From Octopus sinensis (taxonomy: Eukaryota), in the NCBI RefSeq assembly GCF_006345805.1, contig NC_043011.1:3968001-4032000 (forward strand): DNA of 64,000 nt. Direction: 5' to 3'. Positions 38,700 to 52,058 of the stretch are shown here, piece after piece. Each line of letters opens with the position of its first letter. Position 1 is the stretch's first letter. A model generated the notes under the pieces. It ran no database searches. It was not told the DNA's origin and saw only the letters and a list, made by a program, of their open reading frames with translations. Made by a program: the position numbers and the translations under genes.

Positions 38700-41337
38700 C
38701 TTAAGAAATTTTCTAATGTTATTATTAGAACTGCTCTGTCTTAGAGATGAAAGAATATTAGAGTTATTGATCAATGTTTGAGGCACTGACAATGATGGGA
38801 GATATTTAAAGATAACAATCTTCAGGTGATAGTCTTTCAATGTACAGGTGACAGTCTATCTAGGTGTGATGAAAGACATTATAATGAGTACAACAGGTTT
38901 CAGGTAATGCATACAAATTAGAAATGTGCTGACAGGATCTACGTAGGAGGAGATAGTAAATTCAAACCTGAAGTTGACATAGAAAGAACTGAAATGAAGA
39001 AATAAGGTTTCAGTGATGAAGTGATGAGAGAAAAAAAGAAAGAAGCATGTGCTCCCTCTCTGTTTTAAGGTTGACTTACTTTTGCAACATCATTGCCTTT
39101 CATGCATGTTTTGTCTATGTTAAATATGGGTTGGATAGGTCTGCAATACAGTACTTTTTTATGTGCTTCAGTACTGAATCATCTTATCAGCTGGACACAA
39201 CTTTCTTGAGTCCTTTCTTATTGTAAAACTAATTAGTTTACACCATAGGAGAAAACAGAGTTCTGAGAAAGTTTTGAATTTTCTGCTAGGTTATTTTTCA
39301 TAGTACACTTATAACCATTTTACTAAACTAACATTGTTCATGCATAAAGATTACATAATCTAGTATTTACTCTTTCATAAATCCAAAGCTTTGAGCCTTT
39401 GTAAAAAAATATGTTTATTTTCAGTTGTCATAGTCACTTTAGTTTTGTGAAAGCAAGTACTACTTTTCAGAAGTCCTCTTCGTTTATTATACACTTATCA
39501 CAGACACACCTATTGATATCTTCCAGAGTTCAGCTAGCATTAATCATCCACAGCTAGTAAGCCATTTACTATGGACATGTGATAAAGATAAGGAATTGTT
39601 TTTAAGCTGTCAAATGGTGATAGCCAGAATATAAGGAAACAACTTACCCACGTAATTAATGTTGTTGCGTCACTGAAGACTGGATATTTCGGATTACTTT
39701 CACAAACATTCATTAAAGTATATATTATATACTTGTGTGTATGTGTGTCCATGTGTGTTTTACTTTCTATTTCATTTCAGTATATAAGAGAATGTTCAAA
39801 GAGTGTATTTCTGTATAAGAGAGGGTATAAAAGAGTTTCACCAGGGAACACTACACACTAGATACTTTAGCAAGTATTCTTATTCCCAGGAAATGCCCTT
39901 TTGATACCAGCCCATGTAAAATCACCAATGGCTTTACGATACAAATTCCTTGTTTCAAAATTACCTAAATTTAAACCTTTTATCAAAGTTTCCTACTAAT
40001 CTAATGTTCCAGACACCACAAAGTTGTTTTACTAAATTTTTTGTTGTTTTCAAAATTAATTACAACAAAAACAGTGTATTTCAACAGAAATATTATAATA
40101 CAAAGGTTAACATTGGACATACTCAGTAAATTGAATTTTCAACACTTATCAAGTTTTGATATGAGCACTACAAACTAGCTTGTTTACATTCATTTATACA
40201 CTATAGTCAAAAATTACTGTGAGCATGTAGCTAAATTTACCTCAGCACATAATTATTTCCATAATACAATGGAAATCTTATTATATGGAAGCTACAGCTA
40301 ACAATTGAACTAACACACACAGCTAGTATTACAAATACAAAAACAAATGATGTTATAGACTTTTGTTTATCAAAATGATATTTCAATTATTCATCTCTCT
40401 TAATATTTTCTCTGAACATTTCATATGAATTGGTAGTGACCTAGTTTAATTCTTGTTTGCATTAAGAAAAACATATTTCAGCATCTCAGAAAACACTTGG
40501 ATTTTACAAAACATTTTGTAATTTCTTCTTCACAACAACAATTAAAAGCAGCTACATACAAACACTATATACTTAAAATTTGAAAACCAAAATGTTACAA
40601 TGCCTTGAGGAATGGAAAATTTAATATTTCTAACCCATACTGAGAATAAAGAAGAGGCAGAAATGGTATTTCTGTTCCATTTCTAAGTGAGCATGTGATG
40701 AAGGAATTTTTATTAATACAGACACTCTTCAAGTTTCTTGGATTCCAGATTTTGCTCAAGCTACTTTATATGAATGTGAGTGGGTATGAGTCTGTGTATG
40801 AGTGTGCGAGACCATATGTATGCATGTGTGTATTCATGCACACGTGTGTATGCATGCACATGTGTTTATGTTTGTGTATAAGAGTGGTGGGGAGAAAGAA
40901 AATTGAAACTGTTGATCTTTTATTATATTTCATTTTTGTTTGAATATGAAAAATGTATTACAAGAAATGTCAATTGTCACAAGTAAAGAAAAACACCAAA
41001 TGTGGAACCATACTGAGTATTCATTTCAAACCTGTTAAAATATCTGCAATTAATATTTAGAGACTTGCAGAGAATATTTTACTTTGGCATTAAAAGCCAG
41101 AAAGAAAATATCTCCATGTCCTCATCTTTTCCCCTCCGCCACCAACGCTATCCTATTTAATTTTAATCAGGAAATATGACAGGAAATACAAATTTTCTTT
41201 TCTCATCATTTTTACATTAATTAGCTCACACCACACAATAGAGCAGACTTTAGTTTCCAGCTAAGACTTTTTTTTTTCATTATAAGCTTGAAACCATTTT
41301 ACTACACTAACATTGTTAATGCCTGGCATAAGTGCAT
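38700..41337 (-). other. candidate long 3' UTR of an unidentified minus-strand gene
   Basis: About 2.6 kb with no recognisable SINE; minus strand T-rich; AATAAA on the minus strand at 40708-40713, 39483-39488 and 39414-39419. Confidence 0.4.
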
Positions 41338-41380
41338 TTAGTACAGGTACGATCTCAACCGGTTCTCTTTCCTCAGCTCC
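41338..41380 (-). CDS. candidate terminal coding exon (xELRKENRLRSYLY*), gene not recognised
   Basis: TAG acceptor, locally high GC coding-like codons, TAA stop, directly upstream of the TE-free tract. Confidence 0.4.
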
Positions 41381-41941
41381 CTACACATGTGTGTGTGTGT
41401 GTGTCTGTGTCTGTGTCTGTGTGTGTGTGTGTGTCTGTGTGTGTGTGCATGTGTGCATGCTTGCTTCTGTAGATTCTATTATATTTTTACTGGTTTCAAA
41501 CATTGATCTGTGGCCATGATGCAGCAATGAACTGACTTCAAGGCTTTTACTCAGTTATACCAACCCCTCAGAACTTAAACTGGAAACTATTTTATCTGTT
41601 TTTAATTATCAAATGGCTAATTTTGCATCAGTTGCTTTCATTGAGGAAGTTCTTTCTCTTTCAGGATATAAATACCACAAGGTATATTGGTATATATATA
41701 TAGACACTGACACACACATAAATATATATGTGTGTGTGAATTTTTTATCTTTTACTTGTTTCAGTCATTATACTGCAGCCATGCCGGGGCACCACCTTGG
41801 GCAATTTTTAATCAAACTAACTGCAGCATTCATTTTCTTTTTTAAGCCTCATACTTATTCTATGAGTCTCTTTTACTGAACCACCAAGTTACAGGGATTT
41901 AAACACACCCATATTAGTCATCAAATGGTGATGAGGGACAA

Positions 41942-41978
<37 letters not shown>

Positions 41979-41980
41979 AA

Positions 41981-44900
41981 TGTTGAAGAAAGTTATGCCT
42001 ATCCCCAATTCATGAAATGTGTATATCCGACGTACAGAAGGACATAAAAGTGGTGATAAGAATATCCATTTATAAAAGTGGCGACAAGGATAACCTCTAT
42101 CAAAAGTGGTGACGAGCTTATTTGTAGATTATGTCGGATGTTAACATTTTCTTTTGATACAAAATAATTAAAAAAAAGTTAACATTGGAAGACTTATTAG
42201 CCTCTGTAGTGCAGTGCAACAGCAACAGCTGAAAGAGTCAAACAACAGTACCCAAGGGTCAAACAGCAGTTGCTGGAATTAGTGTTGAAGTCCAAAAAAT
42301 ACTTCAAGTACATTTGCACCAGACAGCATAGCAAACACAAATTGCAGAATTTAGTTATAACCCAGAAGAAGGTATTACTTTCTCTGCATATTTCCAAAGA
42401 TATGAAGAAATCTTCAAAGAGAAATTCAAAAATTAGATGGAGAATGAAAAGGTACGACTACTTTTAAGAAAATTATCCCCTGCCAAACATGAAAAATACT
42501 GGAACTACATTCTGCGAAAAAAAGCCATGTGAAATTGTTTCAAATGAAACAAAGAGTGTGCACTGATTTTTCCACTAGTTTAAATGAATGTCGTAAGATG
42601 TGCCACTAGCCACTACCTACTCTGGATTAATTTGTTAATGAGACAAAAAGAAAACTGTGGTCAGTAAATGGAAATAAAGAAAGGCCTGATGCAAAACAAA
42701 ACACTAAAATATGAGCGTGTTCTCTATATTTGATGGTGTACAAATGTGCGCTTGGAGGATGGCCATACCACTGATATTACAGAGGAGAATGCTAAAAGAG
42801 TTCCATGTGGGACACCTAGGCATCTCTAGAATGAAAGCACTGATGCACAGTTTTGTATCCTGGCCAAACATGGACAAGGAAGTTGAAAACCTGGTAAAAG
42901 GTTGTAGAGGATGTGTGTTGACAGCAAAACTATATAATAGAAAATGTGATACTTGACCGGAAGTGAAAAAACCATGGTCCGATTGCATATCAATTTTGCA
43001 GTCTCAGTAAATGGATATTATTACTTAATAGTAGTGGACAGCTACACAAAATGGCCTGAGGTCACGAGGTGTAAACGACTAACCTCATATACAGATGTGA
43101 CCAATGATTTTGGCAAAAACGTTATTTTGCACCAAAAATATATAAATATCTAAGGCAAAAAAGTTGATTTCTTTGAGAGTCTATGATCATATTAATGAAG
43201 CATAACACACTTGAACCATATGAACAATAACAAGGCATGATACATAGTTATTCATCTTCCTTTCAGTATTTGCAGTGGTGACCCCCATTTTTTGAGACAT
43301 CCATGATTTGATTAGGCATGCTGGAAACCAATGATTGAGTCAGTTCTATGTTTACAGACCTCCATTCTTGTTGTATGAGAGCTTTCAACCGTTCAATATT
43401 TGTGGGTTTTTCTCTATCAACATGGATTTTAAGGATGAAGCACAAATTTTCAATAGGATTTAAATCTGGTGAATTTCCCAGCCAAGGCTCCAAAATTTTA
43501 ATACCTTTATCTCCAAGATACTTTTTACTCATTTTAGAAGTCTGGCAAGCTGGTCCCCCTTCGTAGAAAATGTAAGTTTCTTCATCAAACTGCCTCTCAA
43601 TAGTTGGAAGGAGATGGTTTTCAAGGATATTTTGGCACCATGTAGAATTCATAGAAGTGTTTTTTGGCAAAATTGAAAGTGATTCAATGCCCTTGGATGA
43701 AAAGCGATGCCACATATGAATGGTTTATGGATGCTTGATTGTGAACACAATACAGATCTCATCGTAGAGTTCACCTTGTTGCCTTCTGATGAGCCTTTTT
43801 CCAAATATCCCAAACAACTGAAATGGTGCTTCATCAGAAAAAAATCACTTTGTCCCATTGTTCACTAGACCAATTTTTATATTTTCTTCTAAAGGCAAGC
43901 CTGTCCATCACATTTCTCGTGGACAAAAATGGTTTCTTTGCAGCATTCCATGAATTGAGACCATTGTCAAGAAGTAGTTGTCTAACAGTGCAAGCCAAAG
44001 CACCGACACCAGCTGATTCTCACTCTTTAGCAAGATGTTTGCTGCCGGCACTTCGATTCCTCAATGAATTTCTCACGAAAGCCATGTCTTGGCTGTCAGA
44101 GGACAGACGTTGACGAGCAGGGGCCTTTTTCACCATCATGGATCCTGTCTCTTTGGAAGTTTTTTTATAATCCTGTAAACAGTTCTTTTAGGTGTAATGC
44201 CTTTAGCAACAATATCTTGTGTTGTTAAGCCATTTTGGTGGAAAGAAATTATTGATTGATCAGTGTTTCTTGTGTCAATACCATCCTTGCAAAAAAGAAT
44301 ATAAAACTTGAAGTTTTTGAGAGGAAAAAGAGCATTCATTAATTAAAACTCAATCATAAAAGGCCCATGACATCATGACATCATACTTTATTTACTGTTC
44401 TGGTTATTAAGTATTAGTTTGCATGTGATTCCAACTTGAAATCAGGAAGAGGAATGTGATTTCCACTTGTAGGAAATATAACCAATTCCGCAAGCTGATG
44501 ATTATTTGCAATATCTATTGGTTTTGCAACAGTTTTTCTTTCAAATCTTATTGGATAACAGATAACCTGTCAAAATAATATTAAATTATTAACATTCACA
44601 TGATATTTCATACAAAATAACAAAAAAACCGGTGTTTGCCAAAATCGTTGGCCATGACTGTATGGTAATAAACTTTTTACATGAGATGTTTGCAAGATTT
44701 GGTGTACCGGATATAACTGTCTCTGATAACAGAACACAGTTTGTATCCTGTGAGTTTAGAAGATTCTGCAAGATGTTCACTTGAGAACATAAAACTGTAG
44801 CATCATATCATCCTAGATCGAATCGAACAGTTCGTGGACTCTTTTAAGAGAGCTTTAAAGAAAGCTAATAAGGAAGCCATGGATGAGGTCATAATCTAAC

Positions 44901-45165
44901 AATACTTAAGGGTAACTCCAAACCCAAATGCGCCAGAAGGAAGTTCACCAGCAGAATTAATGTTTGCCATTAAGGTGAAGTTAGCATTTGATAAACTGTT
45001 ACCAGTGAAGAAAAAAATATGTGCTAGTAAAGTCATGCCAAAATTCTTTAGAATCGGTGATAAGGTATATGTAAGAATGTACAAAAATGGCAAGCAATAC
45101 TAGGAAAGAGAAATTGTAACATACACAGGAAGAATGAGGTATGAAGCAGAAATGGAATGGAAAGG
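41981..45165 (+). mobile_element. internally deleted Gypsy (Mag-like) LTR retrotransposon interrupted by a Tc1 element
   Basis: Short TG...CA LTR-like segment 41981-42044; PBS-like TGGCGACAAGGAT; gag FSYNPEEGITFSAYFQRYEEIF...KVRLLLRKL; integrase HHCC FHVGHLGISRMKALM...GCRGC; core LIVVDSYTKWPEV / FARFGVPD..VSDN...YHPRSN. Confidence 0.9.
43092..44660 (-). mobile_element. full-length decayed Tc1 (DD34E-type) transposon, 1569 bp
   Basis: TA duplication at 43090-43091 and 44661-44662; TIRs CAG..(G/A)TG(A/G)CCAA(T/C)GATTTTGGCAAA; transposase motifs KKPFLS, VIFSDE, GNSPDLNPIEN and SMPNQI...KNGGHHCKY*. Confidence 0.92.
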
Positions 45166-45356
45166 AGACACAGCAGGCTTCTTTCAGTTTCCATCTGCCA
45201 AATCTACTCAAAGGTTTGGTTGGCTTGAGACTATAGTAGAAAACTGTAGCATCATATCATCCTAGAAAAAAACTTGTCCAAAGTGCCACACAGTAGGACT
45301 GAACCCTGAACCATGTGGTTACAAAGCACGCGCCTTACCACACAGCCACTCCTATG
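45166..45356 (-). mobile_element. SINE family A 5' half carrying a 27-bp foreign insert
   Basis: Matches the consensus except at 45240-45266. Confidence 0.8.
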
Positions 45357-45381
45357 CTATAAATTTATCCAAGATAATTGT

Positions 45382-45413
<32 letters not shown>

Positions 45414-46387
45414 ATGAATTGTAAAGTTACCTAAGTAGCCAAGAGTTTCATGCTTTGCATTTATCAAATTATACATAATATTTATGTATGACAGACATTT
45501 GTCACTTCCATTTTAGTGAAATCCACTCACAAAGCAACAATCGACCCAAAGTTACAACAGATGACCTTGTGAAAAGGCCACTTGGTGTGTCTGAACTCAG
45601 AGTAATGTAATTGTAAAGCAAACTTCTTGACTACACATCTATGTCAGCCGATACAGCCAAGAAATTTTCCCTTATTTATTACATTTATGTATAGGTTTGT
45701 TGATGTTGTTTAACTCCAATTAAGCCTTGTTTAAGCACACCTATGATTAAAAATGTTCCATTAAGCTACCATGTGATTGATATTATACAAGATTACTACT
45801 TTATTGAAGGTTCTTCTTTCAGAAGATGGTTCAGTGTGCTTTGAGGTCAATTTAGCAGCTATTTCTTATAGATCAAGTAGCTGTATAGAGGTTCTTATGT
45901 TAGCTTGGTGTTGTTGCTATTGCTGGTGTTACTAAAGTTGTTGCGTTTATTTAGCACCGAGTCATCCAGGAAAGAGCAGGTGTATGACCAACACCATTCC
46001 AATTACTTCCATCCTGTTTTCTTTTTAAATAAAATTTATCCAAAGGAATATTATCCAATGTATGTTTCCATTTTAAGCATGCTATAGTAGGATTTGTCAC
46101 AGATTTTGGTTGCTATATCTAGCAGATGATGCGATTGTGTAGTTAGTAATTTCCCTGGCAGTAATAATCATAGTAATAGTAACAATCATGTGTGTGTGTC
46201 CGTGGATTTGGATGTGTGTGTATATACATATTTATATACTGTTAAGTCTATGTCAAGTCATAAAATGACCAATATATACTTAGCAGTATATAAATATATT
46301 ATTGGTCTATGTTTTTGAGTCTGCTTCTTTTTTGGATATATAATACACTAACGAACGAGATTATATATATATCTTTGAATATATATA

Positions 46388-46535
46388 TTCAAAGGTCGAC
46401 TTTGCCTTTCATCCTTTTGGGGTCGATAAATAAAGTACCAGTTTCGCACTGGGGTCAATATAATCGACTTAATCCCTTTGTCTGTCCTTGTTTGTCCCCT
46501 CTGTGTTTAGCCCCTTGTGGACAATAAAGAAATAT
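46388..46535 (+). mobile_element. SINE family C 3' part
   Basis: Matches the family C consensus. Confidence 0.8.
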
Positions 46536-46544
46536 ATATATATT

Positions 46545-48283
46545 TCTTTATAAGTCCATTAATCCATTAATCATTAATTAATGAAGTTAACATTCTCGTT
46601 AATGATTTAACTTTTAAGTTATCTTTGAAAATCATTATCAGACTAATTAACTTCCGTTACATTTAGCTTCCATTAATTCAAGTCTATTAACCCAAAACTC
46701 ATCTACTGCAGCCCCTTGGTCGATGCAGTTTTGGCCCCTTGGTCAAAGCAGTTTTGGCAGACATCAACAAGAGATTTGAGACCCTCCTGGATGATGAGGA
46801 AAGCAAACTGGCTGCTGCCTTCCACCCTAGGTTTCACCTCATTTCGTTGGATATGTATGATAGCACGAAGTTCACCAAGGTGAGAAGTATGGAGTATAAG
46901 GTTGAGGAGGCCATGAGGCAGCAGTCTGAGGAAGTGAGCAGCAACAGTGGAAGCAGCAACAATGAAGAGGTGGAGGATGACTTCTTCAGTGGTGTCACCC
47001 AACAAAATGAAAGAGAAGAAAAGAAAAAAATTAAATTATGTATATAGTGTGTTTTTAATTTTTTAATTTTTATTTTTGTACGACCACACTATCAATAAAC
47101 TTTTTCAGTTTAAATTCTAATATTGTGTTTCATTTGAGTTTTGTTTTTACCCTTTTCTGGCTCTAAAAGCCTTTAAAAACCTTTAAAAAAGGCTCAAAAC
47201 TTTGAAATCAGCCTTTTTTTTAGGCCTTTTGAAATTTAAAACTATAAAATCAGCATTTTTTAAACTCTAAGCCAAAAAAAACCCCAAAAAACAATAGACC
47301 TGAATAATTCAAAATAACAGGAAAAAATAAGCATGACATTTGACAGATTAATATGAACACTGGGGATGTTGTTTTCTTTTTTCTTTTTTTTACACACACA
47401 CACAACATGGCCTCGCACAGTTGGGACCACACGTGTGTTAGTTTGACATCATCATTCCAAAAAATTTGCTAATGGGGAGAAAAATACAGAAAAATATCAA
47501 TAGATGTGTGAGTGAGAAAGGAACGAGGAGAGAGGTTTTGTGATGTGCTTGAAACAACAGCCAGATCTCCCTTAATTCACACATTTTCCTCTGAAATTAT
47601 TAACAATTTTTTAAAAACCGAAAATGTTTTTCTCAGGAGTTTTAAGTGTATAGTGAAAAAAAACTGGCCAAAGTCGTTTTGGACTGGGGTGGTGAGGGAG
47701 TGAAAAAAATTTTCTAAATTTTAATTTTTTTCTGTGAAAAGATGCCTCCCATCATTCTAAAGACATTGGAAAAAACTCCGTCAAAAGGGAGAAATTCCAA
47801 TTTAAGTGGGCCATCTGATCTGAAAATCCGTTTTTCAGAAACTTCCTCCCCCCTATCCCCTTCCAAAAATTTTGCCTACATAGTTCTTTATAACAGCAAT
47901 TTACACTGTTTGAAAGGTATTTGTATAAAATTTCATTAAAAAATACCTATTTTCCAGAAAATTACAAGGGGGAAAATGTTGGTGTCTGTGAATTTTCTGA
48001 AACACCTTTCCCCAACCCCTCAGAAAACTTTTTCCAACAAATTTATGCATACACTCAACCTACAGGATATAAGGGATTATTTAGTGAAAGCTTCGTTAAA
48101 AAGTATCCATTTTTCTGGAATTTATGAGGCAACAAAGTAGTTCTGCTTTTTTCAATAAAAGTTAACAGTAACGAATCAAAATTAACTTCTGTTACATTTT
48201 CAAAGAATTAACGGAGTTAGCTTTTTAGTTAATGGATTAATGATTAATGACATTAACTTTTCGATTAATGGTGTTCACCTCTG
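46545..48283 (+). mobile_element. hAT-like deleted DNA transposon
   Basis: ORF 46739-47047 with INKRFE...KLAAAFHPRF; TTAAT/GTTAAC-rich subterminal repeats at both ends in inverted orientation; right terminus ...GGTGTTCACCTCTG; left TIR missing. Confidence 0.55.
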
Positions 48284-49471
48284 TATATATATATATATAT
48301 ATATAAACAAATTCAAAATGCGATAAAATAAAATTAATTATTATCGCTGGTGTTTCTAGCACAGGCCATATATTATTCATATATAAGTACATTAAAGGCG
48401 AAGTATGTACTAGAAACACAGAAGCTTGATAAATTTAGTGAAGTGGAAATAAAAACTTTTACTAACTCTGTTCATCTTAGACTGCAGTTTCACCTTTTTC
48501 AGCAATAAAAATAATATTTATTTACTCAGGTAGGCTCTTCAGTAAGATTCCTGTTATTATGAAGCGCAACTCAATAGACACATGTGTGTCTACTAATTTG
48601 CTCTTTCTAACTAATCAGATCACTGCGCAGACGCATACATATATATATGAGAGAGAGGAGGTAGTAAAGAAGATTAACACAATTAAGCTTGACACACACA
48701 TGTGTGTGTGTGTGCACGTGTGTGTGCATAACTAGCTGTTTGTTCTTTCCTCGAGCCTTCAACTGTTGATGGAGTCATAGGAATGCCTTCGTGATATATG
48801 GCATGCGTTGGGCATCTGAACCAAAGGAGCCCATCTTTCTGCAGGTTCAACCACAGCTGATTTCTTCGAGAGAGAAAGTGAAAGATAAAGAAGAATCAAT
48901 GTCAATATTTACTTGGCAAGTACTTTATTTATCAACCTAGAAAGGATAAAAGGCAACGTTAACTTTGGTGGTGTTTGAACTCAGAGCATACAAGGTTGGA
49001 ATGAATACCTCAAAGCATTCTGAGCCACTAACAGCTCTGCCAGTTCCCCACCAAATGTTTATGGTGATGTAAGAAAGTGAAACGCTAATATGACTAGGTG
49101 GTCTCTTGTGACCTGAAAAAGAAGGAGTTAAGAATAATTTCTTTCATTTATTTTGATATTGATTAGCTAATCAATAATTAATATTGATGATCTGAATGAA
49201 TATACCCAACTCATAAATTTGAGGCTTTAGGCTTATGTTAGATATCAATATTGATTTAGCTTTCGATTATTTTTCTGAAAGAGAATCTGACAGATTTCTG
49301 AACTAACCTAAGTCTTTTAATGCTGTTTATTTACCAACACTGCAAGAGAAGTAAATATGGCAGCTGTTTCTAGCAAGTTCTATGAACACATAGAAGATAG
49401 TTCATTAGCATCAGTGACATATGCTACGTTGTGAAGTGGAGAAGAAATAACTTATGTTTTAAAAATCCTAC

Positions 49472-49510
49472 CTATCATCAGAGAATATCTCTTCAATTTC
49501 TAATGAAGGA
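49472..49510 (-). CDS. candidate 39-nt internal exon (xPSLEIEEIFSDDx)
   Basis: TTCAG acceptor, AG|GTAGGA donor, phase 2-2; in frame with 41338-41380. Confidence 0.25.
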
Positions 49511-50188
49511 CTGAATCCAAAAACTTTAATATTTTCTTTTATCCCATCAGCCTAATTTACTTCAGTGTGCAGTCTTGTAGTGATTCTCTCACTACTACAA
49601 GAATGATGAAGATTTCTTTTTTCTGATGTGGTCAGAATTATACCAAAACATGTTCAGAATAATGCTAGATGTTCAGAATAATGATTAAAATAGTCTTTTT
49701 ACTTTCAGGATAATTATTTCTAGTTTTTGCAAAGGGAGGCCATCCCTTTCTCATAAGCCTGAGTGATACGCACTGGACTGCGGTTTCGAGATTATTGTCT
49801 CTTATCTAGATTATTGTCTCCTGGGGCTAAAAAGCTACAGTAACACCCCACTTTGTGGTTAGCCATATTGAGATGGCTTTTATACTTTACATTGTCGAGC
49901 GATTACTGTTTACATCTCGTTCTGAGATTTAATATTTCTAGTTTGTTGTCATTTTAACACTTCCTGTGTAAAATATATTAAAACTAACTTAACAAATATG
50001 CCTCAATTTCTCTTACTTTATGGACGTCTTTTGATGCTGCCTATTACTGGTCTTTTTAAACTCTAAAAATGATATTCTGATTCTAAAACCTACCTCAGTT
50101 TAGCTCTTTATCATTCAGATTTTTATGTCAAATGCATTCATTGTTTTGAATTAATCACTCATTAACATGTAGCTTCAAGATTCAATGT

Positions 50189-50575
50189 TACTCTCTTTTA
50201 CTTGTTACAGTCATTTGACTGCGGCTATGCTGGAGCACCGCCTTTAATCGAGCAACTCGACCCCAGGACTTATTCTTTGTAAGCCCAGTACTTATTCTAT
50301 CGGGCTCTTTTGCCGAACTGCTAAGTGACGGGGATGTAAACACACCAGCATCGGTTGTCAAGCAATGCTAGGGGGACAAACACAAACATACACGCACACA
50401 TATATATACATATATATACATATATACGACGGGTTTCTTTCAGTTTCCGTCTACCAAATCCACTCACAAGGCATTGGTCGGCCCGAGGCTATAGTAGAAG
50501 CCACTTGCCCAAGATGCCACGCAGTGGGACCGAACCCGGAACCATGTGGTTGGTAAACAAGCTACTTCTGAACCA
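50189..50575 (-). mobile_element. SINE family A
   Basis: Matches the family A consensus. Confidence 0.9.
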
Positions 50576-50922
50576 CACACACACACACAGGGGGAGAGAG
50601 AAAAAAGAAAGACACACAAAGAGCAAGTCAGATTGACAGATATAAATCTACATAAAACATAAAACAAAAAAATCTAAATACAAGACAAAAAGGTCAGAAA
50701 TTAGCATTGACAAGTTGACACAATCAATGAGAATTGTTAATTGTCTAGATTTTATGGTTTATTAATAGAATTTTCTAGAGTTTAACCTTTGACACACATC
50801 TACCTGGGGAAGGAAGGAGGTTCACTTGCTATTTTATTGGGTTTTGTTTTTTTCCTTTTTTAAGCAATCTAGTAATTATTATTAATGCTATTATTGTATT
50901 CAGGTGAAATAATTTTCAAATT

Positions 50923-51029
50923 TCAGATTCTTTCGCCTTTATTTGCTGCTTTTGATTTGTTTCCATCTTCATCAATTGTCCCAGTGATACTTGCACATTC
51001 TTTCCTCTGTTTTCATTCGTCTATGGGCT
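50923..51029 (-). CDS. candidate terminal exon (xAHRRMKQRKECASITGTIDEDGNKSKAANKGERI*)
   Basis: CAG acceptor after (CA)n, protein-like hydrophilic frame, TGA stop, AATAAA on the minus strand at 50833-50838. Confidence 0.35.
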
Positions 51030-51309
51030 ACTGTGTGCATGTGTGTGTGTGTGTGTGTGTGTGTGTTTACTTCCCAACCACGTGGTTCTGGGTTCAATCT
51101 CACATTGGGCTACCTTGAGCAAGTGTCTTCTACTATCGCCTCAGACTGGCCAAAGTCTTGTGAATAGATCTGGTTGACAGAAACTGAGATATGAATCCCC
51201 AAAAGGGATGAAAATGCTAAATAGATAGATTTTATCCAAATCCTGTCAATCTCCTTTAATATATGAAATGTGTACACCACTTCAAACAATATATATGTGT
51301 ATATAAGCA

Positions 51310-51668
51310 AAATTGAAATCAATCAAAAATCAATGGAAATTGTAGTTGTGATACCAGTTCCGGTGGCACGTAAAAGAACCATCCGAACGTGGCCGTTGCC
51401 AGCGCCACCTTGAGTGGCCTCCGTGCTGATGGCACGTAAAAAGCACCAACCGATCATGGTTGTTGCCAGCCTTACCTGGCACCTGTGCCAGTGGCACAAA
51501 AAAGCATCCACTACACTCATGGAGTGGTTGACATTAGGAAGGGCATCCAGCTGTAGAAACACTGCCAGATCAGACTGGGCCTGGTGCAGCCTCCTGGCTT
51601 CCCAGACCCCGGTTGAACCGTCCAACCCATGCTAGCATGGAAAACGAACATTAAACGATGATGATGAT
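51310..51668 (+). mobile_element. RTE 3' UTR (family B)
   Basis: Matches family B; ends in (GAT)n. Confidence 0.8.
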
Positions 51669-52058
51669 ATATATATATATATATATGAGTGTGTGTGTGT
51701 GTGTGTGTATGTCATTGTTTATCCTCCATCACCACTTGACAACTGGTGTCGGTTCTTCTTTTACATCCCTGTAATTTAGTGGTTCATTAAAAAAGCATGC
51801 TATAGATATGTACCAGGCTAGAAATTAAGTGTTGGAGTCAATTTGTTTGACTATAAGCAATTAAAGCTTATTGGTCAAAAAGTTGTCACATCTTTGGAAT
51901 CAGATGAGTTGATTGACCATTGGCAGAATATAAACATAATAATCAAGTTCAATAAAGCTGAATAAACCAAAGTATCGTGTTGTGAAAAATGAATATAATC
52001 TTTATGAGCTTGGCGCTCTACCAAAGAAAATTGTTTTAGAGCGTAAAGGAATGTTTAA

